39,436 nucleotides of DNA, from sequence record MT813197; one strand, given 5' to 3'. Below are positions 39,278 through 39,436 of this stretch, piece after piece. The position numbers and the translations under genes are program-made. Numbering within the stretch: the first letter of the stretch is position 1; each line of letters starts with the position of its first letter. The notes beneath the pieces were generated by a model that worked only from the letters and a program-made list of their open reading frames with translations, was not told the DNA's origin and searched no databases. This stretch comes from Escherichia phage vB_EcoP_Kapi1.

Positions 39278-39322
39278 GGGTAAAAATCCGGTGGGTAAAA
39301 TTATTTTATCCACTTTTTACCC
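39278..39322. repeat. TTTTACCC-type motifs (GGGTAAAAA, GGGTAAAA, TTTTTACCC) immediately upstream of int start; candidate Int/RDF binding sites
   Basis: Same octamer as the tandem repeat at 75-96, here in both orientations. Confidence 0.45.
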
Positions 39323-39436
39323 GTCATGGAGTGCGGCTGTCAACGATCTGACGCGAACCATGACGAACCGTGAATATACGGAAGGCTTGATATTCAGGGG
39401 ATTTTGCGGACTTGTACGGATGGGAGCGAACTGATA

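Larger units (their letters stand above)
2..39436. mobile_element. Temperate lambdoid prophage with P22-like (Sf6/HK620-type) morphogenesis module; near complete, right att core not in window
   Basis: Contiguous phage gene order xis - early left - N - c2/cro - replication - nin - Q - lysis - terminase - portal - coat - tail accessory - ejection proteins - immI - tailspike - int; att core at left edge. Confidence 0.85.

Noticed and set aside
39278-39313. Longer integrase ORF starting at a GTG at 39313 (MDKIILPTGFLP...)
   Set aside because: Integrase N-terminal homology begins at the ATG 36 nt downstream (MLTVKQIEAAKPKEKPY); the extension overlaps the repeated TTTTACCC motifs and is probably untranslated.
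39391-39414. 9-mer CAGGGGATT shared between the right end (39396-39404) and the left att region (37-45), possible second att core
   Set aside because: Identity does not extend beyond 9 bp and does not include the 16-bp tRNA-end core; the true second att is more likely beyond the window edge.

Overview
The window is essentially one temperate lambdoid prophage of about 39.4 kb with a P22-like (Sf6/HK620-type) podovirus virion module; all protein identifications are from reading the translations and recalling known sequences, since no search could be run. Left to right: a 16-bp att core (2-17) that I recall as the 3' end of tRNA-Arg argW; an AlpA/TorI-type excisionase; a minus-strand early-left operon of small accessory genes plus Gp157-like/RecT recombination genes; a phi21-type N with nutL; a P22-type c2/cro immunity region with three-operator OR and OL; cII-like, an O-like initiator with in-gene ori iterons, and a DnaB-like helicase; a nin region (NinB, NinE, NinF, Rha/KilAC, DUF1364, RusA, NinH); lambda-type Q, pR'/qut/tR', two tRNA genes (Asn-GTT, Thr-TGT), and S/R/Rz/Rz1 lysis genes; an accessory gap; Sf6-like small and large terminase, portal, scaffold, coat, gp4/gp10/needle, ejection proteins; an accessory locus at the sieA position; an immI region (Mnt, Arc, Ant); an HNH-AP2 endonuclease inserted into the 5' end of the tailspike gene; a 794-aa tailspike; and a P4-type tyrosine integrase at the far right. 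Int and xis sit at opposite prophage ends (KplE1-like); the second att copy and the intact tRNA are expected just beyond the right edge. The best candidates for undescribed or accessory functions are the opposite-strand secreted/membrane gene pair at the sieA position, the DUF2829-like gene between lysis and terminase, the early-left accessory ORFs, and the endonuclease insertion in the tailspike gene.
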